In this document: positions 51,118 through 64,000 of the stretch, piece by piece
How positions within the stretch are numbered: the first letter of the stretch is position 1
How the letters are laid out: the number at the start of each line of letters is the position of its first letter
Origin: Catajapyx aquilonaris
Taxonomy: Eukaryota
Reading direction: 5' to 3'
Assembly: GCA_000934665.2 (NCBI GenBank)
Contig: KZ538356.1
Span: 62,001 to 126,000, forward strand
DNA length: 64,000 nucleotides
Made by a program: the position numbers and the translations under genes
The notes under the pieces: generated by a model
What the model was told of the DNA's origin: nothing
What the model saw: only the letters and a program-made list of their open reading frames with translations
Databases searched by the model: none

Positions 51118-54100
51118 AGTTACACGCTATACACGCTCACTTCCTACACTATTGAAAAGTCCAGTTATGTAAAGAAGGTCATATGATGCATCGAAGCGTA
51201 ACATCTACATCGTGATGCAGTTTCATCACTATGGACACTAAGCTCAACAAAAAAGAAACATGCAAGCCCATGTGTAATAAATTAGCTTATGATGACCAGC
51301 GCAAAACAACTGCCAGTCGACTGATTACATCTGCAGTATTTGTTCACTTTTTGGATCAGGACAGATTGACAAGGCGGTCGCAAGTTGTGCTTATTCCTAT
51401 TCTGGTGTCTTTAAGTGTAAGTGAGATGTTCCAAGAGGACCACGAACGTGGCTGATGTCTTGTGCATTTATTATACTTTTGATACCTTCCTAGAGGGTAT
51501 CCTACCGTACCGATTGCTATACACACAAATTACGTAAAATAACTTTGAAAAATAAATTAAAATCCACCTTCTTACAGTATAATGCATCCTACATATTAAA
51601 TTTGCAATATTACAACCCTTGCATCACAAATTCATTTCTCATCAAACAAGCCACTCACAATGCGCATAGACGCCAACCCGACAAAAAAGCCTCACACAAA
51701 TAGAAAAATACATAAATAATCCGGTGGACATAGTGGTGGGATTGAGGCAGAGAGGCCATGGTAGTCGTGGAGAGTGAAGTTGTATTAGTGAGCCCAAGGG
51801 CCCGGGCGGGAAGTGCAGCTTGTATTTCTCGCCCGCACGCGTCGCCTTCACACCACCAAACAGCCATTTCCATAATTGATCTGACACGAGTCGAAAGCGA
51901 CCCGCCGGGCAAACATTCCGCTAATGCAATTTTTAAGGCAGCCTTTTCCACAAGACACTAACCTGGCGCAGGAAATAATTGTGAGCCACACCACAACCTG
52001 CCCTATATTTCCCATCCTGCAGCCCTTCGGCTGGTTGGCTGCACGCAAAGTCTTCTTCTCTTATCAAAACTGTATGGAGACATAGGGATCAATTCATTGC
52101 GGACTCCAATACATAAATTACAAAATACGTGTGAATTATACCTCATGTATGCCTTCCTTTTCTATACGTCCGTAATCAACAGAAAATCAATAGCCAGTAA
52201 GCAAACAAAACAAACTGATATATTGCACGGTTATGGATGTAAATTGAGTTATTGATCTATATATAGTTATTGTAGTCCGCTTCTCCAACTACAAATAGAC
52301 AAATACGATCGCAAGACCCTTCGGCGGCCATAAATAAAAATAGACAAACATGCCAATAACCATACCCCTCCAAACAAATCGATGCCAGTCCGTAAACATG
52401 CTTCAATTTTCCAGTTTTAATGAATGTACCACGTCTTGACCAAGGCTAATCAGTTAAGCTGTAACGCACTAATCAGTCTTGCTCAAGAGGTGGAAAATCA
52501 ACGTAGTGTAAATATGCTCTGCATAACTCCGGCTTAAGTGGAACACAGGCAAGCACCAACTTTCTCTCGAGGTAGTAAATTGGAATATATCGGAGCTACA
52601 CGTAGATCAACTGCAGAGTACTGCTGCGCAACCAGTCTTGCACTCTTCAGCATTTATCCTGCTTTTCAAATCAAATTATCTGTCAATATTTTGTACAAAC
52701 ATTTAATTTCCAAACTTGCTGCTTATTTTCGTGCCTTTTAATCAAACCGGTTCTAGATTCAAAGCCTTGCCCTACCTCCTGGACAGCACCTATACAATAT
52801 GATACAGTGGTCAGTACCTATTGGCCGGACACAAATTTTACCTATCAGTGTCGAATCACGTGTGGCAACGCCTGACCCCCAACATTCTTGGGCCATCCAA
52901 TATCCCAGCACCAACGAACATGTTATTTATGCAAAGAATGTGAAAGGAACCATATTAAAACATACATATTGCCCATTACAGACGCCATACTAGTGGCCTA
53001 CCTGCAGTAAACCACCAGGCCTCCAACATACTGTACTGTTTCGTCAAACCGGTCCACTGCTGCAGAGAAAGAATAAACCTCCAAGATACAAAAAAAAAGA
53101 GAGGGGTGGGGGGGGGATGGGTGGGTGGGTGGGCCCGGTTACCCTCCCCCACCCCTCCCTGCACCCTTCCCCTCCCTGCCTTTTGTAAACTGGTCGACCA
53201 CGGCCTGTAAAATATGCGCCGAAAAACGAGCATAAAAAGTAGACAGTCGGGTGGGAAAATTGTGAAACTTTTCAGGAGGGCTGCCACGTTGCCAGTTTTG
53301 GAATGGCTCTTTGCTATGTGTGCTTCCCCCCCTCCAAACACATTATTTTACTTCTGCAACCCTCCGGCTTCACTTTCGCAACTTAGCCAGCATATTTTCT
53401 CTCCGAGGCTTCTCTTTGCAAACTACCAAGCGATGTTGGCCATTCTAAAAATGAAAAAAAGACGATAGTGTTCGAGGTTGCCAGAAGCAGTCGAGGATCG
53501 CTGGATTAGCATACGATCGGCATTCGTAGAATAAGAAAAGCTGCTTATGAACGCCCCAGATAGCCCAGGCCAATTAGCAGGCTGAGCAAGTGTGAACGAG
53601 CTTGTCTGTTGCAGGCTCCAGTGAGGATGTCTCCCGCATTTCCTTCCTTCACTCCAACAAACACCTTGCTTTCCAACACCACACTTCCGCATTCTTGCCA
53701 TTATTCGAGCTACACGACGCTATACTTGACCGCAGTGCACACTACAATCGGAGGGCTTCCTGACAACACAATCATAAGTCATAATTGTAGCACAAAGCAA
53801 TGAAAGCCAAATGTGCTGATTCTTTCCAAACCTTCCAAAGCTCTCTCTTTACCACTCAATTCAATCAATCCACATCCACAAAATCTCATCCTCAAGTCCT
53901 AAAAATCTTGGCTGCAAAGCACTCGTGCTTATCCCCACATCAAGGCTGAAGCACCCGCGTCCGCTTGGTATTTCCAAACATCAGGAGAGTGTGTAGAGAC
54001 ATGCCATAAGAGCAATGGATATTTGCAAGGGGTGGAATCAGCTAGTGCATTTACTTATTTATCTGTGGCGGGAGCAGCGGCCGCTTATCTGGAAAAGTGT

Positions 54101-54499
54101 ATTTGGCAATTGGCATTTGCCATCACTGAGTGCTGGTGCTGGGTGGGTTGGATGGGTTTGGATGGGTGGGGGTGGCAATAAAATCGGCAATGGCCAACGT
54201 AACATTAGCTGGTCATAGCTGAACACATGAGCGCCGTAATATATAACCGATGATGAGAGAGGCCTAAATAACACCCGCGGAAGTGGAAGAGAGCAGGGAA
54301 ATTGGACGCGAAACACGAGGTGACTTGGAGATTAGGTCTACTTATTGGCGCTAATACATTCCATTTGCCACTCTGCTGCGAATATTTGATGCCTAAATGT
54401 TCTGGGATCTCTTTTCACCAGGTGAGTTGCCAGGGGGCTTTGAGTGAGTGACAAAAAAAAGGTTATGAAATTTCTGTTTCCACAGCAATATAATTTAGG

Positions 54500-54559
54500 G
54501 TTCGGTTTATCCGCGAGAGGGCTGAGAACCAATTACCGCGGATAACCGAGGGCCGACTG
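54500..54559 (-). mobile_element. Terminus of a Tigger/pogo (TcMar)-like DNA transposon or MITE; partner end not found
   Basis: The minus strand reads (TG)CAGTCGGCCCTCGGTTATCCGCGGTAATTGGTTC, resembling MER2/Tigger-type TIRs (CAGTCGTCCCTCGGTATCCG..GATTGGTTC, from memory). An inverted subterminal copy cggtttatccgcg lies at ~54503-54515. Confidence 0.55.
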
Positions 54560-57500
54560 CATATTGAAGTAATCGTGCATCGTACTGGTTAATGATGCGA
54601 AAGAAGCCTGTGGGAAGCTCACTGGGAGGCAAACTATACATGTGATATGGGTCAGTCTCTCAGAAGGGCTCCCCCGGACAGACGTATACAAACGTGACAA
54701 ATGGTTAAGTATTATGATTTGTACCCTTCCAAGTCGTGAGAGATGTTACCTTCTGATTACTTCATGAGAGCACTTTACAAACATCACGTGTGCTCTAGAG
54801 CACCAAACGGACAACAAATCACTAGTCAATCTGCAACTTGCCTGTGTTTCTATATCTTCTGCGACTAAACATGCGACGTTGTTCCTTATAGTTAGCCTAT
54901 ACTGTATTTCCACTGGAAAAGCGGCACTAACGCCTGTTCAAAAGTAGCATTTATTTTCTTCCAGTCTCCTATCACCAGTCACCATCCAAATCGATCCAAA
55001 TTCTAGAAGATTTTCATCCCGTGCAGCAGCATCCAAAAGCCTGATAAATGATAATAGTATTCCGAAAAGTTGGTATCGATGCAGCTCTATGCTGTCGACT
55101 GATTATTTCCATCTGCAATGGATGGCAATCGACTTCGATTCTCTTCCAGCGATAGGATCATTCCATTCTGAACTCTGGATATTTCCTTCAATCTCTACTT
55201 CGATCATTTGGAGCTGTCACTCCAAACGAGTTGCAATAAAAGTGACATTTCGTCAAAGAGTAGCACCAAAGGTAAAGTTCTCAAAATTACTGCAGCTTTA
55301 TAATCAAAACAAACGACCCTGTATAACTGCTGGTGCTATATCAAAGTATACATGCTGTAACTAGTAAAAGTAATTGGCAACACACAACAGCATAATGTTC
55401 ATTTACGCCAGGTACGCTCGTATATAGTCGCACGACTTGCGAAAAATTGTAACTTCATCTGAGCAATAGTTAAAATTTGCACATATTAGTTGTATTTATG
55501 ACCAACAATTTAGTTTTCTCGCCTCATTTATCGTTTATACAGATTTGCATTTGAAAAACGATGCTTACTTTGACATGGCTCTGCTAAGCAGCACATGCAT
55601 AAGACATAGGCATCGGTGCAGAACAATGCAGTATAGTTTGGGAAGTACTGCAAGAGGACTTGGCAGCAAATTGGACAATGTTGCTGTAAGGTGAATATGC
55701 ATGCCATATACACAGCGCCACTATCGGCCGATCCACTTTGCAAGTGCATCCATGAATAAAAAATGGAGGCCTCCTTTGAATGTGCTAGGGTTACTGGAAA
55801 GGGTGCCATGGAAACTAGTTGCCTGCTGTATGCACAACAAGCTTTCTGATTACAAACATCTTCAGCCCTTCACGCCTAACAATACTGTGAAGTTAAGGAA
55901 TCTGTCCTGTGCAATTGCCGAGGATTACATTCTGTACCACCGGGTACACCCTGCACATAGAGCAATGTGAGGCTGTATTAAGTTACGTTCAACTTTCTCA
56001 ATACGACACAAACAATTCATTAGCACGGGTAAGAACCGAAAGGGGTTGGAAGTTGCTCTCAAGTTTTTCTAACAATTCCCATCAGACGGAACGGTAAATC
56101 CTCATTATTAAATTACCCAAGTGGCGCCGCAAAGAGTTATGGCCAAAACTGCATGCCTACAACTCAACTCGTAAACTGCCCGACCAGAATGGAACTCAAT
56201 AACAATCCCAATAGGCATTTACAAACAACCCCCCTGCAGAATATGGGTCGCTGCAGCTCAAAGCGGTCTCTACATCAGAGGTCAAGGCGATCATTTTTAA
56301 GCAGCACAATGCTTAGCGGCCAATGCAGAACTAGTATCACCACTAGAGCATAAGCAGGCGATCCAGGCCTGGAAGCACGAATCTATCCAGCTAGCCATCC
56401 AGCCAACCAGCCAACCAAACTGCAAGCGCGCCTATCAGGCAGCCGATAAATTTATTGCTTCCAAAGGACCGGCGTGCAACCATCTTTCATGCTATGAACG
56501 TTGATTTAAAATGACTGCTATCAAATGAGATTTGGCACAACGGAAAAAGCCCGGAAGGGACTACCCCCAATAAATCAGCCCTGATGAGCCGCATAGAATC
56601 TCTCCACCCCCCACCAACCCCCCTCTTTTCCCTCATCCCCAACATGTATTCATACAGGCATTCATACATCAGCATCGCGCCCTTTCGCACCGCTCTCTAT
56701 CTCTATTTTGCTCGTAGGGGGTCCCCCTGTCCCCCCCAAAAAGAGCTGCCCACAACTATATCTTGACCAACGTAGGCACTTCTTCACTTCCATCTCGTCC
56801 AGCCTGCACAACAATGCTATCCTCATTTTGGATGTCAGGCACATTCGCACCAGCCGTATGCAAAATGGGGGCGCGGTCGTCAATGGCCACCTCTCCGATT
56901 TTTCGTTAGATCCTGCGTGTGTGTGTAGTAATGGGAGGTGTGCTTGGATGTATTTTATCCAAATTGGAAGTTAAAATTTTTCGGGGGCCACTTTACTGGT
57001 CTCGCGTGTATCGAGGTGCATGATTGGGTGTAATCAGGTTACCCCAGTAATTTAATGCAGATGGCGCGCGATGCTTCACGAAGAGTTTTCACGCTCTATG
57101 TGCCTGTGTATACTGCTGGGAACGTCGTACGGAGTATACGGCCTAACAAGAGGCGGGCAGGCATAAAATATTTATTAAACACTAAAACTAGATGAGCAAT
57201 GACCGCAAGGGTATTCCGATCATGTTGCCAAGTTTGAGCCTCAGCAATTACTAGGCTGTCTCGGTTGAGGGAATCTTCACAAGTGGTCATCAAGGGGTCG
57301 CAAAGCCCAATATTTAATTCAAAACACTAGGAGTCGACAATTGACATACAAAAAGTACGCAAGTGGCCATGTGATCCATCAGAAAGGAAATGGAGGGCAA
57401 CGACCAGTGAACCACTTTTGTTGAGATGACTGTCCAAATGACAAATAATGTTCCTGCCCAAGATAATTCTTTCTTTCCCATATATTGCACTTTCATAAAG

Positions 57501-57581
57501 GAGACTTTACAAGCTCAAAGGCAGATGGTTGCTGTTTGGGCCAAAAGTAAAAGTAGTAGGGTAAGGTGGAGGGGGGAGGGT

Positions 57582-57584
<3 letters not shown>

Positions 57585-57629
<45 letters not shown>
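57585..57629. repeat. (GA)22 microsatellite
   Basis: Perfect dinucleotide run. Confidence 0.95.
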
Positions 57630-57631
<2 letters not shown>

Positions 57632-60600
57632 GATTGCATCAGTATGGCGGCAGTTGAGTAGATTTGCAAAACTTTTATGCGTTCCATTTTGAAGCACTTT
57701 TTTTCTCCCTTTTTTTGAAAGGGCCGTGAAAGGAAGTGTTTGCCTTTGCCAGGACGAGTCTCTTTGTAATGCCCCCTCCCCCTACTTCAAAAATATCCAA
57801 CTTCATTATTTTTTTCTCCTCACAGACCAGTTTTGCTCCGCTTCCAGCATGACAATCTTGGGCCTAACCTAAGTATGTAGATATATATGCAGTGGATGGA
57901 TATAGCAAATGCGAACGACTGGGTAAGAAAGAAGTTTTTTGGAAACGGGGCGACAATGGCCCCGGGGCACAACTTTGCAAACTTCCCCAAATTCGGCTCA
58001 GCAGAGATTTTTGACCAAGAGAGTGAAATCGGGTATGGCATCGGGTGTTGTATAGTGTTTCCGCATATTACATAACTGTTGTCATAATCGGCTCTTTTGA
58101 TAGGAGTACGTAATTTATGGGTGTCCTAATTCACGTTCTAAATGCCAATACCTTAGCAAATACACGTGGTCAAATATATAGATGAGTGCAATTGAACATA
58201 AGTCGGCTTGGTGAGTTGGGATGGAACGGGAGGGAGGCGGGGGTGGGAATTCGGTGGGGAGGGGTCGGAATGGACGATTTTTCACTTTTTGGAGCCGGCA
58301 GCGAAAAAGGCATCAATTAGTTGGGTGCGACAAGGGGCTTATCGGATTGACGCGCGTAATCGCACAATTTTAATAGCGTACTTTGTGTATTTGAAATAGT
58401 GGTGGTCTGGGGGTAGGGGGCAAATTACAAATTGCATATACCGTAGTGCAGCAGGGAGGGACTGATATACTGTACAGTATGGCCGGAATCCAGCAGCACC
58501 TAATCCCATATTACCCAGTCGCGCTTGGATCGATTTGTTAGAAACACTTATACCCTATTCTACAGCACTAGTTGCCATCGATCTCGCTCGCAAAATACAA
58601 TACACCCTACTTCATAGCAACCCTAATGCCTAGGAGTGATGACACATAGTGGTTGACCAGGCAAGATAATCTGATGGCTTGACAGGTTTTTCTCTCTCCT
58701 AACTACGAGGTATACATTACGGGCAGTTGAGTAGAAGCAAGCACGGGAGGTATAAAGTCGGAAAAGCCACCGTGACATGTTTTCAACAAAACAACTGCGT
58801 CTGTAGCTTTCGGATAATTCGAAAATCCTTATTCACACTACATAGTCACTGTAACAACTCTAGATACAGTGGGAACTTGTTCAGTACATAGGCCCTAATT
58901 TTTTCGGCGGATGATTCCAATAAATTTTTGGCGCACATAACAGACCTACATTCAGTACGGAAAATATGCTGAACGGACATGTTTCACTGCATAACACTGT
59001 TTAGAATATTTCATCTCCTGAAACGTCGGAGCAACTCGTAATAGCTCTAATTCAATTTGCCGACATTTTCAAATTCCCATCTCATATGAACTGAAGCATC
59101 CGCCGAGATCCTCCGAGTGGATAAGTGAACCACCTCGCCGCCCAGGATAACTGCAGCAATTTCATCCCGAATCCGCACTAACTTCGCACTCCCTCCACCC
59201 TATCAAAATTCCCATTTCTCATAAATTCTCGAAAACAAAAGTGATCTAAGAGGATTCGGTTTGAACAGCATCACTTTGGGATGAACCATCGATTTTTTTT
59301 TTCGAAAAAAAAGAAGAAAAAAAATCTTTTCGAACAGTAATCACAGTGCTCGGAATAATCCAAACCACCTTGATGGATCCGAGTGTTGGTCATGGGGGTG
59401 GGCAACAAGTGGAAAAGGGTAAGGTTTTGGAGGGCGGTAAGTTCAGTCAGTTTCTCTCGTCCTCCCGCTGGGCTTTTGCGGGGAACAACCCCCCCCCTCT
59501 TTTCCACTCCCCAGTCCGCCTCCCCGCCTGCCTGCCTTCCCCGGGGGCGGGGGCGGCGGTATAGCAGCGGCGTTTACTAACAAGCTCGGCCGGCGCAAGC
59601 ATGCAGTAGCAGGCCACGTGGACATTCTGCCACGTGCTCTTCTGCCTGCCCACCTTGCATGCCATTCACACCCGGCCCACCCCCAATATCACGGACGGAT
59701 TTGGACTAATCCTGGGTGTGACGACGGCCGATATATCACTGGATGCCAAAACGGTCATGCGGGGCCCCGGTTTGCTATTCTCATGTCCTCTCAGCCATGG
59801 AGAGGTACAGTTAGGATCCCCATTCACTCTGCCCCCCTCCCTTTCAGTATTGCAACACACCACCGTTAGCTAAACAAATTCGGAGTGTACCGTACTTGTA
59901 TGCAGAGAAGAACGTAACGTGGAGGCCGGCGATGCGCACGATTTGTAGTATGAATAATGCTGCATTGCCGCTGCCCATTGTTGTGTTAATGTATGACTGG
60001 TTCGGAAGTAATTTGAGGTTCTATTCTCATTGGCTGATCGTTCTGACAGGATAGTTCTTAACACTTGCAATTTAAAAGTATACCCTATGTTGCATATGGG
60101 ACCAAAGACTGGCTCAGGTTCCTTGTTCCATTCCAAGAGGAAATTACCCTACTTGATTTGGTCGATTTTGGCTTCATTACGGATATAATGATATGCTAAT
60201 TTTAGTTTCGTCACATACACATAAGCTGGTTGATCCTTTGAGATTACATGGGTCGCCTGACGGGCAGGATATTTTTAGATAGACTAACAAAAAACATACT
60301 ATTATCTCCGAAATGAATACAAAATCACAAGAGCAATTAGGGTAATTATGATTGTCTTGAAACTTATATAACTTGCTATATGTACGGTATATCCGAAAGG
60401 AGGGCACCTTTACGAACGCTTTGTCGGCAGCTACTCAATTGGGCTAAGGAAGTTAATGCGAATTTAATTCCCACAGGAACAACGGCTGCTGCTTGCGCCA
60501 TGCTATGCTTAATATTCATAATCGCAGCTGATGCGCCAAACATTAAGCCGAGGAGAATTTTATCCGTAAACAACAGCAATTATGAGTATAGACAGAAAAA

Positions 60601-63600
60601 TGGCAGAAATATTCAAAACGAGCCCGGGTGAAACGATTTCAAAATGTCGACAATGCTACTATCCCCCCCCCCCCCCACACACACACCCACTTTTTGATAA
60701 CTACGCGAATCCAGCACAAATTTATTAAAACACTATTAAATAGCTCCGCATTATTTCGCTACTAGATTAAAAGTGCTGCGTTCCACATAACACATGTAGT
60801 GCTCTCACAGTTCAGTGACTGTACAAATTAAATTTCGCTTCCAATTTATGAAACAATGGAAAAAAAACGCACCACAAGTTGCATCCAATAAATCTAGCCT
60901 CCCTCCCACAATCAAAACCATATTTGAGAAAGCGACAAATAATAATAAAATAGTGCCACCTGAGCGCCCCCATTGTTACCAAACCATAAGAGCCATATCG
61001 CATATCGAATAATGTATCACATGCAAAGTGGAAAGAATCGGTAACTAAAAGGGGGCAGCTTGGGACAGGAAGGCAGGGTAGTGGGAGGGCGGGGGGAGGG
61101 GGGTTGGGCCACTTTCCCCCCACGAGAGAAAACAAAACCGTTTCGCAATGGAAATCTGGCTGATTGGCTTGCGCCACCGCCCAAACGGCCCTTCCTTCCT
61201 CATACTTTATATTTCTCACTTTTACTTGCCTTGCGTCACCATAACTTCCAACTGGCAAAAATTCCGCTTTGCAAAACCCAGTAGTGCACTGTAGCACATC
61301 TGGCGACACATTTCGCACTCAAATTTACTTATCAATCCCGCTAATGACCCAAGGTTTTTATTCCGTTCCCTAATAATTGACAAAGAGTGTTATATACGAG
61401 CTTGTGTATGAACCCCCCCCCCCCCCCCCCNTTGCCTTCCCACCCTGCTGTGGCCCACAAATTATATTACCAGTAGTTCTAATGGAAAGTCTAGATTGTG
61501 TCCCCGTGTGTAACAGTGCAAGCAAAGTGGTGCAATGCCATTAATGAAACAACACGACCAAAAACATTTTTCCCCTCTCCATCCGCGCATACAAGTAGAT
61601 TGTCGCAAATTATTGGATACCCATAGCAAGCCCGAGCTCAAACACAAAAATTTTTCCCATATTACGCACTTTTCCCCAGTTTGTTCCTGACAGGCACGCA
61701 AATGAGTAGCAGGGGCAGGGGGATATGTATGCGCTTAATGTTCGCATCTAAGAACGAGTAATGGATCACGCTGACTATACGAATAAGTGCAAACTGAAAT
61801 TCCCATTTTGGTGCCTCATAAATATGTGGTTCATGTGCATGCATGCGAGGAAACGGACACACACACACACACGTTGTGACACACACATGCAACCAGAGTC
61901 GCAGAGAGGTCTGGCCCAACTGCTCCCCTAATAATGTTTGCTCTACAGAACTCCCTATGCATGCATTACAACTGCTCGTTATTTTACATAAGCCGCCCGA
62001 TGCCTCTCCTCAGCCCCCGACATACGCACAAAAAAAAAAACTGCCTAATGAAAAAAAAGTTCAAGCTACATTTTTAGGCTGATCTCAATTTGTAGCAATT
62101 GACGCTATTATTGCATGACTATAGTTGACCTTGCTCTCTTAGAAGGCCGTTCTTCAGATATGAGAATAGAAACTTTCAGGCTGCAGCAAAGGTGTGACTT
62201 TCCATTCGGCTGCCCTCAATAAACGAATTTGCGCTCTTGGACTCACAAGGAAAGGTACGAATGGAAGAGAATATCAAGAGCGAGAGAAAAGAGGAGTGAG
62301 TGAGAGAGAGAGAGAAAAAAAAATCCCCACTTCTCCCCACCTTTCTCCCTCCCTTTCACTTTAACGTAAAACGCTGAGTGAAGATAATAGCTTCCATTTG
62401 AATATGAGATCGATCGCAGAAGGTAGACTAACCCTGCCCCCGCCCTCCCTCCATCCCCCTCTCCCACCCACCCGCTCCTCCTCTCCCAGGCAGAATTTCT
62501 ATGAAAATTGTTTGAAAAGCCCATGCATCGAATTGTATCGATCTCCCGGCGCAGGCAGGAGGGGGGTGGAGGGTATAACAGCGGGGGTGGAAGGTAGAAG
62601 TGTAGAGAAGAAGGGAGAATTCCTGATGGGAAATAGTAGGAGGGGGAGGCCCCCGAAATAATAAGGGAATAGGCCCGTTAGACTTCAAGTTTGGCGGCTT
62701 CCAATTTCGTCGAGTCTCATTTGGCCGAATTGGTATTTTCATTGCCTCCAGCCAGGGATCAAAATATGCTCAATGAGTTAGGGTGGAGCCCAATAAGGCC
62801 ACCTGTTCTATCAGCAAGACATATGTGTCTCAGGTCGTGTCTAACAAGAAGTCGACTTTTAGCTCATTAAGACCCGGTAGTGTAGCACAAATTGACAAAA
62901 TTACGTTAATTACTCAAGGCCGGTTGGTCTTAATGAGACATTTTCTCCTTAATTTGATCAGAATACATACTTGCGATTTTTCTTAAATATTCGCTAATAA
63001 ACTAGGTATTTAAATTTCCTTCCCATTCTGCTCTCATAGCTCAAATATTCAAAGGCTTGTGCTCGGCAAAATGCAATTCGGCCAAACCATCTCGGACCTT
63101 AAGTTTTCGGTTCCGATCACTCCCGCAGTACTTTCACTTCCCCGGACTTAATTTACATACACACATCTATTTGCAAGCAAGTTTGCTCCCCCCCCCCCCN
63201 CCCATCCCTACCCCCTTCCCATACCCTCCACCATTCCATATCCATGCAGCATCCCAGCCCACCCCATCCCCCCACCCCACTTGCTGGTTCGTTGAACCTA
63301 CGCTTGGGAACTCATCTCCAGCTCTCCTCCCAAACTGTATACTCTCGGTGCTTCGATAGAGCATCGGCACCTTCTCCTCACGCACCGGCCTGCACGTGCA
63401 CATACCACACATGCACGACTAAATCAATGGGCACCTTGCACCCGGTCGGAAGGGTAGAGGTCGGGGTATGATATATGCACTTTCTAAGGCCCGATTTACA
63501 TCCGTGGGACAATATATCACGGGCGACATGGCTTGCAACATGGGGGCATAAAAATGGCTCCGGGCTAGATGTGGCGTGGACATGGACAGACAGATGTTCA

Positions 63601-64000
63601 GCAGTGTGGTATTTTTATGGGAACCCCTAAATTAACCAAAAAATGCGGCCGGGGAACTATTTAACACACGCAGATTGTTGCACTAATTATTACTGTTTGC
63701 TCAGAAAGGAGTCATGTAAACGGCAAGCACGGCCATTACCATCGTTTCAGAATATGATGTGCGTACACAGTGCAGTGCACTAAAACAAAACGAGCGAGTT
63801 TATCAGCCCTTGCACTGCATGGACCCTCACTGTACAATGTAATGGCATGTTGACAATACAACGTGATTACTACGAGCCGGTAGGTCACTGTCGCCGGCAA
63901 GCAAAATGTAAATCAGCTGTCCTCCTTACCTTGTATAGATACTGATCGAACATCCTATTCACATCCCCATCGGCGCCCATGTAGTAGGTGGTCTCCATGC

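Noticed and set aside
54811..54827. Reverse complement resembles the 3' part of miR-7 (GACTAGTGATTTGTTGT)
   Set aside because: The seed region is absent, there is one indel, and I see no precursor hairpin.
54950..55350. Coding-like composition on the minus strand, possibly a decayed transposase
   Set aside because: The frames are interrupted and I recognise no motif. It needs BLASTX.
63485..63920. taaggcccgatttacat with partial inverted matches at ~63715 and ~63906
   Set aside because: The matches are short and there is no TSD, so no element can be delimited.
1..64000. The several hundred 60-170 aa ORFs in the supplied track as independent genes
   Set aside because: They are low-complexity translations of microsatellites and G/C runs, often with non-ATG starts and no recognisable domains. 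Only those overlapping TOX exons carry signal.

Overview
Eukaryotic, intron-rich animal genomic DNA, probably invertebrate and arthropod-like (inferred from the protein and repeat types). The only protein-coding gene I can support is a TOX-family HMG-box transcription factor on the minus strand. I reconstructed it by hand as seven GT-AG exons with consistent phases: 24661-24593, 16023-15949, 8070-7909, 7834-7701, 7599-7290, 3385-3264 and 2131-1996. They total 1008 nt (336 codons) with no stop. The gene runs off the left edge in the middle of the HMG box. None of the supplied ORFs represents it correctly, and two exons are missing from the ORF track in their true frame. The remaining ~39 kb (25-64 kb) looks non-coding. 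It holds a complete hAT-type MITE with an 8-bp TSD, a tRNA-derived SINE head, one Tigger/pogo-like terminus, microsatellites and G/C homopolymer runs. The most interesting signals are a textbook recursive-splice-like site (acceptor fused to donor) at ~41.56 kb on the TOX strand, a uORF/YY1/acceptor knot directly before the putative start codon, and a possible hydrophobic N-terminal exon. I saw no prokaryotic systems, CRISPR arrays or rRNA/tRNA genes. All findings are sequence-only hypotheses.
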